From Camelus ferus (lineage: Eukaryota), in NCBI RefSeq assembly GCF_009834535.1, contig NC_045696.1, positions 26,228,001-26,292,000 of the forward strand: a stretch of DNA of 64,000 nt, written 5' to 3'. Every line of letters begins with the position of its first letter. Position 1 is the stretch's first letter. This document shows, in pieces, positions 52,901 through 64,000 of the stretch. The position numbers and the translations under genes were made by a program. The notes below the pieces were generated by a model. It was not told the origin of the DNA, made no database searches, and worked only from the letters and a program-made list of their open reading frames with translations.

Positions 52901-54588
52901 TCATCTGATAATATTTTGCAATGCATGTGACATAATTTAAAACCAATAATAATTTGAAGTGATATCAAAACTACTATATCATTAAGCTCTAGCCATGCTG
53001 ATTTAACTGCTGGGCAAGTATTAATTTCTCATTGCATCCCAGTGCCACAACCACAAAAAAGCATAACCAAAAATAAACATATGTCCAAATTTGTTCATTA
53101 TGTTGTCGCATTCTCTGAAGTATAAGGAGCATAATTTTTGCTTTTCTTTTAAAATCACTTTATTGATGTAAAAATAGATGTTATATATTTTTTTCTCGCA
53201 CTGTTCAAATGCTATAACATAGTTTCTAGTAAAACAAAATTATTTCCATGTATTATAATTTCTATAATACATTAGCAGAGTGTTTAAATTAAAGATGCAT
53301 ATCAGTTCTCTGCACTGATACACAAAACTATTGCTCAATAAATTTGACTAAATTTAGTGAAGTATAGCTGTGGAGAAAAATAAAAAACACTCCTTTGGAT
53401 GCTCATGATAGTCTTTTACATGGGAAGAGCTATTCCTCTCTTGGCCCCTAAATAGTTGTTAAAACCAATGTACCTCATCTTTGACATCTGTTTGAGCAGA
53501 ATGAATCCATTTTAAATCCCAAATCACTTTCACTGTGACAGAATGCAGTAAATGAAGCAAAATGGTTTGGGGAAATGAGAAAGTGTAAACAAGCCAATCA
53601 GATGCTATTTAATTTCCTGGAGAGCCAGAAGTTTTCTCAAAGAAAAGCGAGATCAGACTTTGATAAGAGAAAACCTGCTTATAAACCGTTGCTATTTGAG
53701 AGAAGTTTTTCTCAAGTATATTGAAATTTAAATTGATACTATGCCGAGGAATGTTTCATAACAACAGCCAAGACTAGTAAGTTACTTAGCAGCATTTTGG
53801 ATGGTCTATGAATACCTACCTGTTCTTGTGTATTCAGGAAGAAGGCACCGTTAAATTTTTTATGAAGCTTGCTGTACTCAGAAACATGATATTCTGATTG
53901 CCATGTGTTGAAATATTCAATGCTTGTGCTTTTTTTTTCTGTCCATTAATAATGATGAGGTTCTTTTTCAGTATTGTTGTTGGATTAACATCTGTTAAAT
54001 TCCGAGAACATCAAATAAAAATAAACTGTTAAAAATTAAAGTTTTTATACACTAAACTGAAATTTAACATAATAAGTTTCAGTTAGTTCTACTCTGCCTT
54101 ATAAACACCATGTAGTCTGCTCTTGGGACATCTCTGGAGAGACAACTAGGTCACAAAGTGGATCGTGTAAATTACAGAAAAAACTTGGCATACCACCTTG
54201 CTTGGGAGGGAGTTCATGTTTTATATCCATACAGTTCCTGCAGGAACATCATAGATAGTATCCTTTACAATTAATGAGTATTTTTCTTTAAATTAAGAGT
54301 AAAATTGATGTCTCATATGCTGGTTCCAAAATTAGAGCTTCCTATTGAGAAATTCTAGTGTACAACATAATAAAGAAAGAGAGAACCTATGTTTATTGTA
54401 CCTATATGTTTTGGTTGTCTTGTTTTAAATTACTTTTTAGATTTTTCCTTGCGAGATTATAAGTAGTAGAGAAATGTGCCTGCAACATTGCACTATTTCA
54501 ATTTGTATATGTAGGAGATAGTCTATTGTATATAAACTCTTGCTTATTGTACCTAAAGCTTATAAAGAGTCACGTTATTTTTTTTAAC

Positions 54589-55161
54589 TGTGGTAGAGTA
54601 TTTGCAAAGATGAGTATAATAATTACTTCCATCACTGTACTTAGACTCTTTGCAATGTGACTTTGTCACTCCTATCAAGAGAAGGAGTCCATTTCTCTAC
54701 TGCTTGTTTAGGGCCAGCCTTGTCACTCTCTTTAACCAATAGAATACAGTAGAATTGATACGCTGAGCTGACATCTCATTGGGGCCTTGCTGATTTCACA
54801 TTGCCTTCTTGGAACATGGATGCCACCATTTGAAGCAGCATGGCCTCGACCCTTTGAAATTGAGAGACCAAGTAGGGAGAATGGCCCAACTATACAGCTA
54901 TCCCAGTGACCGCAGCCAGCACCAACTACCTAGAAGTGTTGATGACGCCATCTTTGACCATTCAGCCCCAGTATTGCCCCCAGATGACTGTTGATGCGTG
55001 GGTGTCCCCAGGTGAGATCAGAAGACCCACTCAGCAGAGTTTAGCCTTAATTGCTGACCCACCCAAGTGTAAGCAAATGAAATAGTTGTAAGCCATTATG
55101 CTGCTTTTCTAAGCCACCAAGTTTTGAGGTGGTGGTGAGGCAGCAGTAGTTAGCTGATGCT
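54589..55161 (+). mobile_element. MaLR solo LTR (MLT1G/H-like), near full-length
   Basis: tgtggtagagtatttgcaaagatg...ctttgcaatgtgactttgtcactcct...ttaaccaatagaatacagtagaa...gccatctttgaccattcagcccca...taagccaccaagttttgaggtgg...gcagcagtagttagctgat. Confidence 0.88.
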
Positions 55162-56904
55162 TGTACCTCTTAAGGGAAAGGGCAGGTATTAGTGATTTTA
55201 TGTACTTCAGCCTACCTGGAACATAGTAGATAGTATGGAAAATTATTCAATCAAATGAAATAAGAAAACTTTGCTTTAAGAGAGTGGCAATTTCATTAGG
55301 GCATTGGGCAACAGAAACTTTATCATTTGCTGAACTTATGCCTGTGAAAATCACCTTCTCCATAGTCTACTGGGTTCTAAGCTTGAACAAACATTAATTT
55401 TTTTCTCATAAAATGACTTATAAGAGCCAGAGTAAAAGTATTTACATGTAAACCTATGTGAAAAGAAATTATCTGAGGAAATACGAACAAAAACCATTTA
55501 TGATCTATTTTATTCTAGATATGTATAGATATCTACAAATTATTTATAAATATTTTAGCTCTGTAAAGTAATTTTTGTAGTCTTACTGGCCATCAAATGA
55601 AAGGTAAACGTTTCTAAGATTACTGGACATTTAGTCAGATATATCAGTTGATTTACTGTGAAGATGTAAAATAATCATAGTACAATTAGCTTGATTGTTC
55701 TTTGGAATTAACATTTATTAAATATTCTATTCTAGAATTCAATATTAATTAAGGTTTACAGAATAAAACTTGAGCTTGAAGTTCAGAGCATGAAATAATC
55801 ACTTTTAGTGATAGAAGCAAATGATTATTAAGATTATAAAAACAAAATAATAATGAGAAAGAAAAGGTATATAATTTTTATCTTTGAATTTAAAAAGTAC
55901 ATATGGAGGTAAGTGCATTTTTACATTCTTAGATATGAAGTTAGACTGGCAAATACATTTTTAGAGAAATGAAAAAATAATGTATGTGCTGTAAAGTATG
56001 TTAAGTATTTAAAATTATTAGTAAAGGATTTTCTCTATTTACAAAAAAAGTGTTATTTTTAATCATAGAAAGGACAGTTTAGTTTGAGTTTTGTTGAAAG
56101 AAAGAAAAAAAAATCTGCATCTTTCATTAAAATCTCCATCAGCCATGTTTCCATTAGAGTTCACTGAAAAATGACTCATAAAACCAACAATTTTATGCAT
56201 CAGGTGACAGGTTTTGACAGAAACAGCACTGCAGTTTTTGCAATATGGTACATTTTGAATGCTTAAACCGTGTGATTAGGTGTGCTTTGTATGACTTCCA
56301 CGTGCTTAGCTAGCAAAATCTGAGTTTATTTATACAAAATTATTCAAGTGAAAAAAATGGTGTCTCTCAAGTGAGTAAAGTCAGACCTCGAAAGAGACAG
56401 AGGGCATTGGCTAGCATTTTATTATCAAGTGAGCCGTTCTATCTCTGCTGAAAGTAAGGCACAAACCTTCTTGGTAATTACAATGAGCTTTTTATTTTTA
56501 ACTGACACAAAAGTAAGAATGAGAAATCTCACCATTCAATGAAGCAATTTTCTGTTTCAGCTTCTATTAGTTCAGCTGTAGTAAAAGAAAAATTTACAAG
56601 TATCCTGCAAACAGAAAAGAAAAAGTGTTCTAAATGTGTGGTATGTGTCCCAGAACCTTTTGTTTTTCCATGTGAGAAATATTTAATTGCTAATCTTTAG
56701 ATACTCTCTGGACACTTTTCTCTGGGCATATTTTAGAATAATTGCATTGTATGAGTCAGCTGTTTTTGTTTAGAATTGAGAATCCAGTTGTTAACTTGTT
56801 CAAATCTCCTTTTTCCATTTTGTTGTTGAATGAGACACTTCACTCCTTACTGTTAGCATGGAATATTAATCACATAACTTAAACTAACATGAGCCATTTT
56901 CTTG

Positions 56905-56995
56905 GAAGTGAAAGGAGTTCATGCTTTAGAGACTAAGAGCCCTGGGTTTCTAACTCTAAGCTACATGACATTTGGAAAGTCAATTTTCTGAACTG
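56905..56995 (+). mobile_element. MIR 5' fragment
   Basis: catgctttagagactaagagccctgggtttctaactct...tgacatttggaaagtca. Confidence 0.55.
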
Positions 56996-57099
56996 AGAAA
57001 CATAGATCTTTGAACTGGAGATTAGCTCTTGAAAAGTGTTGCATGTTTTAGAGGTTATATACCCAATGTGGTGCCTGCTGGGTAACAGATATCCCAAGA

Positions 57100-57140
<41 letters not shown>
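57100..57140. repeat. (ATG)13 trinucleotide microsatellite
   Basis: Perfect atgatgatg... run of 41 bp. Confidence 0.97.
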
Positions 57141-57141
<1 letters not shown>

Positions 57142-57717
57142 AGATATGGTATATTTAATACATTTTAATTTTTAGTTCTTTTATCCCAGCAATTAACATG
57201 AAAAGCATTCAAATATTATTTGTGGATATTCATACAAGTGATTTTTGTTTTTTCAATATCAAAGATGATAGAATCAGTAGATAAGGCTAAAGGCTTAATC
57301 TTTTAGAAGCCTGAGATTTCCTTGTGATAAGAATTAGTCAATTTCTCTTTTTCCCTCCTTTCTTCTTCCTACTTTCTATCTCCCTCCACCCCAAAAACAA
57401 TAAACACTTTGCTGAATTGCGTTTTCAATTGGAATTTGTTTTAAAAGTTAGTTCATGACAAAATAATGAAAAATTATCTTTAAAAATTCATTGATTCTTC
57501 CATAAAGTATCATACTCATCCATCGCAATCAGGATACTGAAATGTTCTCATTGCATGTGGAAAGAGAGACTGTGAGAGAACAGTAGATGTCCAAATCCCG
57601 TTTCATAGGAATAGTGTTTGGAAATGACTGAATTGTGGAAATAGACTCTCTCTCTCTCCCCCCTGCTGAGTATGATAGGTAAATTCAGATAAACTAAAAG
57701 TGTTTATATTTCAATCT

Positions 57718-57982
57718 TTTATAGTGAATACAAAGAGCATGTCTTTGGGTAAAACAGACACTGATTCCAATCTCCCAGTTACCATTTACTCTCATGGGAA
57801 CTGTGGGCAAAATACTCAGCAAGTATATATTTGTATGGCTAGGTATTTTCTTTTCATAAGATGGCAATTTAACAATATCTATTTTTGGTATTACAATTAA
57901 GATGAAAACAGATAATGCTTGCCAAAGATTTAGAACAGTAACTAGTATATAGTAAATGCTCAGTAAATGTTAGCTATTACTG
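57718..57982 (+). mobile_element. MIR SINE, near full-length
   Basis: atagtgaatacaaagagcatgtctttggg...accatttactc...gggaactgtgggcaaaatact...agataatgcttgccaaagatttagaacagtaactagtatatagtaaatgctcagtaaatgttagctattact. Confidence 0.85.
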
Positions 57983-58244
57983 TTCATAGATCAGCTTACA
58001 AGTGACAAGATTAATTTTCAAATGTTAAATATGATGTATGTGATTTTTTGTGCCCTAAAACCAAATTAGTTTTTCCATAAAAACATAAGTTATAGAAATC
58101 ATTGGAAAAGTTCATTTAGTTTGCAGAAATAGATTTGGATATCAAGGGCACACATACAAACCAATGTGAATCAAATTGCAGTAATCTCTACAGTTTCCAT
58201 TTCTTCAGCTTGCTCTGTAAACTTAGTATTTCTTAGAGTACTTT

Positions 58245-58447
58245 TCTTGAGTGATGCCTTTTAATTTCATGTCTTCAGTTACTACATGAATGCTGACATT
58301 TCCTCAGTGAATTTCTATAGCTTAAGTATAGCAGACCTGCTTATTCAAGCCACTTAATGTGGCCACTTGGATGTCTTACAGATACCTTACTGTATTTTCT
58401 CATTTGTCCAAAACTGAAAGTACCATCTTACCTATTAAACTGCTTCA
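58245..58447 (+). mobile_element. L2 internal fragment
   Basis: ccacttggatgtcttacagatacctta...tgtccaaaactgaaa...ccatctt...aaactgcttc. Confidence 0.6.
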
Positions 58448-58764
58448 AATTGGGGAGAAAAATATTTATAAAAATAAAAATATTGTGTCTTCTCCATAAA
58501 GGATCTTCCATGTCATCTTTTTAATTCGGTAAACATTTATGGAACAACAACCTAATCATTGTATTAGACTTTGGGAGTGCAGAGTTTAATAAGGAGGGTT
58601 TCTCCCCACTCATCTATGTGGATTGATTCTTAAAAGTTACAAATTATAGTCTATTTTTTTTTCTTTTAGTTTAATCTAAATTTCTAATCATATCCACTAC
58701 TGGAACTTACAACTTCACACTCACTGACTACACTTACTTGTTTCCATTACTGTTTTGCTTATAT

Positions 58765-58900
58765 TACAGGATGTAAAGGTTAAAAGGAATTGAAGATAAT
58801 CTAATCTCTCAATTTACAGATGCTAATTGAGCATCAATAATTTGAGATTTTTTCCAATGTCAAACAGCTATAGTGATGAGGTATTTAAAGATTAGTTAAT
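58765..58900 (-). mobile_element. MIR3-like fragment
   Basis: aaaggaattgaagataatctaatctctcaatttacagatg...ttccaatgtcaaacagcta. Confidence 0.5.
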
Positions 58901-61094
58901 ATTTCTGATTATTTATGAAAATTATTGTTTTTTCTCTTTTTTAACCACAGTTCCCATTAAACTCTTAGATCATTGACAACAGAAACTGTATCATATTAGC
59001 TGTTACTTTCCATGTCCTATGTGAGTGCATAGCATGGAGTTGTAATTAAATGATTATTTGATTAATTTGCATCAGTTAACTACCAAATCAAAGGCAGGTA
59101 ACAAGTTCACCTATTAATAGCATGAGTTTCTAGAAAGAAAAATAAAGAGAGATTACTAGGAGATTGGAAGATTTCTGATGTGTTTTAAGTGTCTTGTAAA
59201 TATATGCCCTTCCTGTCGCTCCCACTATTAAATCAGCACATTTGTTCCCTATCTTCACTTCTCATCAGTGGTTAGAACTGGATTGACCAGGTATCTTCAT
59301 TGGAATTAAGAAAAAAAAAATAGAACTTGTGTGTAGCCTTATTTGAGATTGGCATCTCCCTCAAAATCTTCTTATACGGGGCGTTTCTGTTATCTACCCC
59401 CTTGAACTGTTTGTCAGTTATTGGCACAAATATCTACTAGTACATTGCTTTATTTAAAAAAAAAAAAAAACTTGCCCAGGGCATTGATGTTTGTTTTGAT
59501 AGCTACTCTGTTTTTTATCATATAAACATGATTTTGTTCCCCCAAAAAAGGTAAGCATTCAATTTTGTTTTGCTATTTTTTCATTTTCTGGTGTCCTGTC
59601 TTCCTAAACGTAGCAGACTTTACTTATCAATTTCTATATATTTCCATTGTCATCACATTAGTTATGGATTTAAGCCAAATCCCAGACTCCTTTACAATCA
59701 GAACTCTCCTGATTGCCTACCAGGTTTTATATTCAGGAACCTTTTCAGTTAGTCATTACTTGTACTAATACATCTTAAGGCAGAAAGATGGAAATATTTA
59801 TATTAATCTTCTAGACAGCAACAATTTATTGTATAATATAATTTTAATTCTGTACTGGCATCATCTGTGCAAAACATTATTATTAATCCATACTGTTGCT
59901 GACCTATAACATTTCACAGCTTGACATGTTGCAAGGTTGTCCTTTGAATATTTCTTTGACATTCTTCTTAATTCATAGGAAGCCATCATGTACCCTTGAC
60001 ATTTTCTAGGATCATTAATGTTTTTCATTATAGTTAATTTTATTTAATTGTCTATTCTATTCCTTGTCTTTCTAATTAGTTACTTATAGTATTTATCTCT
60101 ATTTGTGATAGAAGTTGACATGCTGCTAATTCAGTTTGTTGGTACACCATATGAATAATCATGGTTTGGACAAGTTAGCCTTTTAGTCAATGCTACACCA
60201 GGACAGTACCTGTAATTTAGTCTGCCATCTCCCAGGTATATGATAGTGGCTTAATACTAAGAAATGGCAAGAGAAAGTGCTTGATTAGTTTACTGTTAAT
60301 GATGTAGATGTTTTTATTCCATGGCTTATAACCTCAAAAGGTAAAATTATCATGATATAACAGACAGAAGAAAGAAACTGTAATGCTGACCCTAAAACAA
60401 CCAATTTAACTATCTCTAAAGTGAATAGAATTACTACCATAATTAGCAAAGCTTGCATATTGTGTGATTAATGACAGAACCTTTGTTGACACCTTTGAGA
60501 AGACAATAAATAAAACTTGAAAAATGTTTGACCAGCTACAATCATTAATGAAGAACTTCTTTTGTAAATTACACTAATGAGAGGACAGAATGTACAGAAA
60601 TATACAAAAAGTATGAAACTAAAAAAAGTTCCTATAGTAGCTGATATTGTGAATACAGTTAGGACAAAACAGGTGAATCTGAATGTAAGGAAGAGTTAAA
60701 ATCTCTTCTTTATTTAAAAAAAAAATGGTGATAAAAGCCAGTACTTCTTTTTATTCATTTGTTAATAAATATCAAATACCATCATCATATACATGATCTC
60801 ATTTGCAAAGTAATTTTTACATAATATTTCACTTTATAGTAAGGCCCTTTGAAATAAATGGTAACTAAAGAACTTTGTCAATAAAGTGTCCTTATGTGTG
60901 GAAGGAATTTACAAAGTAAATGCTAATTTTTATTTCTTTATCTCTTATAAAAAAGACATTATTAACGTTGTTCATGGATTCTTATAATAAAATGATAGAG
61001 AAATTACTCAGAAAATATTGTTAGTGTTCCTACTTGACCGTGCATTCTGAGCACACTATTCAGTACTATAGTGTAAAAATATGTCATAATATCC

Positions 61095-61141
61095 ATATAG
61101 AACTATATTCTATATAGAACTACATTTTATGTAGAACTACA
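61095..61141. repeat. 17-bp tandem repeat, about 2.8 copies
   Basis: atatagaactatattct / atatagaactacatttt / atgtagaactaca. Confidence 0.85.
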
Positions 61142-63004
61142 AATAAGTAGAATGCAACTGAATATCAACTAGAAAAAAAACAACAATACTGAAAACTATT
61201 TCTTAATTTTACTTGTACAGTGAACTTTTTCATAGTTGGATGCAGCAAGCAAATGAAATGAGTCATTGAAGATCCAAAATTGAGAGTGGAAAGGAGTTGC
61301 TCTCTGTAGATATGAAACATAATTATTTATGTTTTGATGGTGAGAGAAGAAACCTCAAGGCTTGGCCCTGCTTCAAAGGAAAGAATCTTAGCTTGGTAGA
61401 GAGGAGGTAGGGGACAGTCTTAGAACTGATGGGCCAACATTCATGTGAAAATATGTTTTAATAAAACCTGAAAGATACACAACATGCTGCGTTTTGTGTG
61501 CAACGCTCATTCTGTTTCAAGTAAATATCAAGTTCTAATGTAGAGAAGTGAGAAATTCAGTGGCAAAACTAAAATGAAAAGAAAACAAACAAACGAACAA
61601 ACTTCTTTTCATCCCCATGTGCCTAGGCAGCAGTCCAAGAAGGAGATCTTAAGCACCATATGTGCTGCCCTCCCAGTCGGGATGACATTTTACACTTAAC
61701 TGAAATGACTGGGCTTGTCTAAATTCGGCCAGATCCTTTTTGCTTTTTCTCAACATAAGATGGCTTTCTCGGTACAATATGCTTTCAAAAGATTCAACAT
61801 TGTCAAAAAGAAGGCTCAGCATAGCCGATGTCTTTCTATCATTTGGTTCTCATCTTCTCAACAGCTCAGGGTCACAATCTACACATGGTGACGTGAAGCA
61901 CCTTCAGGATGTCTGCACATTTCCCCAGCTCCCAATTACACATCTTCCTTCTGTCTCAAGAGTGCTGAAGGATTATTTGTTGCTTTTCAGATAGCCCTGG
62001 GTTCTTGCTCCCACCAGGAGTAGAGATTACACTCTCCCTCCAGCCCTTTTAAAGTCCAGCACACCCAGCTTTGCCATGTGCGAGCGATCTGCAGGCACTA
62101 TTAGGCCCGCTTGAGTAGCTCTTGATAACACTCTCTAGGAAGTCAATTAGAGATGTCAGAGGGTGGGCTGGACTGCTTTCTTTTACTAACAGGCATTTGG
62201 AGAGTAGAAGATGGGACTGTCAGGAACAGGTGATTTTTGGATTTCAAGGAACTAAACATGATTTGTTTTGTTTTTTCCTCTTACTATTTCAACTTCTTTT
62301 TTCTTTTTGTGTTCTTGAAATGAATGATCTATTTTAATCTTTAGCCAGCACTCGCTATATAATATTGGGGATCAGATACCCAATCTAGTAAAATGATGAA
62401 ACATTAGTTTAACAATTAAAATTATAAAGAGAAAGTAAAATGTCTTCCCAGTTTGAGCATAGTGAAAATCTCTATTAAGAAGGGGCTAATTTTTTGGTGA
62501 AAATATCTATGTGTAAACTAAAATGAAGTGAATTGTTCACTAAGAATTAGGTATAAAAATCGCTTGGCATTATAGTAGTACTATTCTTTGCACTGACTTG
62601 CTACCACTGTGGTTGTTTTACTGAAACTCTTAATCTACTTGTTCTATACGTTTTTTACCAAGAAAGACTACCCGAAAAGTAAAGGGTTGATTATTTTCTG
62701 AAATCATACAAAGCAAAATTAAAATGCCGCAGCTCTACAATCTAATTAATATAAATATTTAAACCAATTATTTAGGCCCAATAAATTTATTTTGCTTATA
62801 CAAAATATTATTTGATGTTACTAACTATTACATTATTAAATTGATGCATAATAGAGAAGTTTCCATTTTATTGTGTTTAATCTACAACTTATATATTTAG
62901 GTACTTAATCGGGAGAGCTATCACTGTGGGGAGATATCTACTTTATAAGGGAGAATATGTAACTTTAAACATCACTGTTTATTTGATTATGTAAACCCAT
63001 GAAA

Positions 63005-63212
63005 ATGAATGAATGTTTCCTATTTGCTAGGTATGTACTAAATGCTTTCACTTAATCCTCATTGTCACCCCAGATGATAGGCACTATTATCTCCATTTTA
63101 CAGATGTAGAAGCAGAAGTTTACAAAGGGTAAATAACTTACTCCAAATGCCAAAGCTAATAAGCAACAGTGCCACGACTCAGACTGAGGGCTTTCATTCA
63201 CCAAAACCTGTG
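63005..63212 (-). mobile_element. MIR SINE
   Basis: tgctaggtatgtactaaatgctttcacttaatcctc...gataggcactattatctccattttacagatgtagaa...ggtaaataacttactccaa...gctaataagcaacagtgcc. Confidence 0.88.
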
Positions 63213-63219
63213 GGCCTGT

Positions 63220-63231
63220 CCAGCAGAGGGC
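63220..63231 (+). promoter_or_regulatory. Candidate CTCF core motif
   Basis: CCAGCAGAGGGC matches the CCASYAGRKGGC core exactly; sequence match only. Confidence 0.35.
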
Positions 63232-63879
63232 CAGGAATAGCTAAATACGCAGTGTTCTGCCTGTACTTGTCATTGTAAAAATTAGAACCTCATAGTGATT
63301 ATATCACTTTGAGAAATGAACTATCTCCAGGATGGTTATGTGTATTTTCTAATGTTCTGTTAAAAATAAATGAGAATAAAAAGATTGAATCTGACTAAAA
63401 GTTTCCTTTTGCTGAAAAAAGAGATTGACCTTTATATTAAAAAAAAAAAAGAAAACTGCAATGCTAAGGCCTTGAGCTACCATTAGAAAAGCTGCAATAG
63501 TTTATTATACAGAAAGACAGCAATGTGGTACTGATCAGCTGTGCACTCACCATTAGCTTTTGTTCTTACGTTCTTAGGAAAAAGCAGTTGTACAGAATCA
63601 AGCTCATATTAAGGGTTCATTCAAAGAAGTAAGTTTCATCATGAATTTTAAATTAAAAATAGATTTAGCCTAATGTTTGAAATCACCACCTCACAGCATG
63701 ATATAATGACTGATTATAATGAAGACCTTAGTTACCAAGTTAAATTATTTTCGGTGTACTTTAATTATTAGGTTAAGGGATTATAAAATATGTCTGGTAT
63801 GCCTAAGTTTCTATCAAAATAATTGTAAAGTGTAAGCTTTAGAATGAAAAAAAAAAGGCCTATTTTCAAATCCTTGCCA

Positions 63880-63965
63880 CTCCTCTTGTTAACTGGAGAA
63901 GTTGCATCTTGAAAATTTGTCTTTTCACTTATAAATATACCTACCTCACAGGTCATTGTGAGGTT
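63880..63965 (+). mobile_element. MIR fragment
   Basis: ttttcacttataaatatacctacctcacaggtcattgtgagg. Confidence 0.55.
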
Positions 63966-64000
63966 CCCATTGACCTTGTAGGCAAGAAATCTTGACCATT

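Noticed and set aside
433..63956. All ORFs in the supplied six-frame track
   Set aside because: All are 131 aa or shorter, many use non-ATG starts, and none resembles a protein I recognise. Many fall in repeats (e.g. 1643-1897 in L1, 10579-10800 in MLT1, 43156-43347 in SINE/LTR, 54809-54994 in MLT1)
1..64000. Known conserved miRNAs, CRISPR arrays, CpG island, prokaryotic or viral genes
   Set aside because: By eye I found no match to the mature miRNAs I checked (let-7, miR-9, -99/100, -125, -137, -153, -181, -199, -214, -218). There is no repeat-spacer array, CpG is depleted throughout, and there are no long ORFs. A miRBase/Rfam search would be definitive

Overview
AT-rich mammalian non-coding DNA, most likely part of a very long intron or a gene desert. 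It is probably from a camelid: it carries a tRNA-Ala-derived vic-1-type SINE and cetartiodactyl-type L1 3' ends, and I saw no Alu, B1 or Bov-A/Bov-tA. I cannot support any protein-coding gene, structural RNA gene or CRISPR array. All supplied ORFs are short, and they look like chance ORFs or lie inside repeats. The window is a fossil record of transposons: ancient MIR, L2 and L1M copies, hAT MITEs (MER3, MER58, MER63, MER5-like), MaLR LTRs, a MER41-like ERV1 solo LTR with a nested SINE, and several 5'-truncated L1 tails with readable target-site duplications (TSDs). Repeat-poor stretches between them contain candidate regulatory motifs and candidate small exons. The best-supported unusual feature is a 124-bp local templated duplication (45367-45490 copied to 46647-46770) fused to a truncated L1. 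Weaker leads are a recursive-splice-site-like element and several well-bounded cryptic exons. Repeat family names come from my recollection of consensus sequences and need RepeatMasker/Dfam confirmation. I found no convincing novel biological system.
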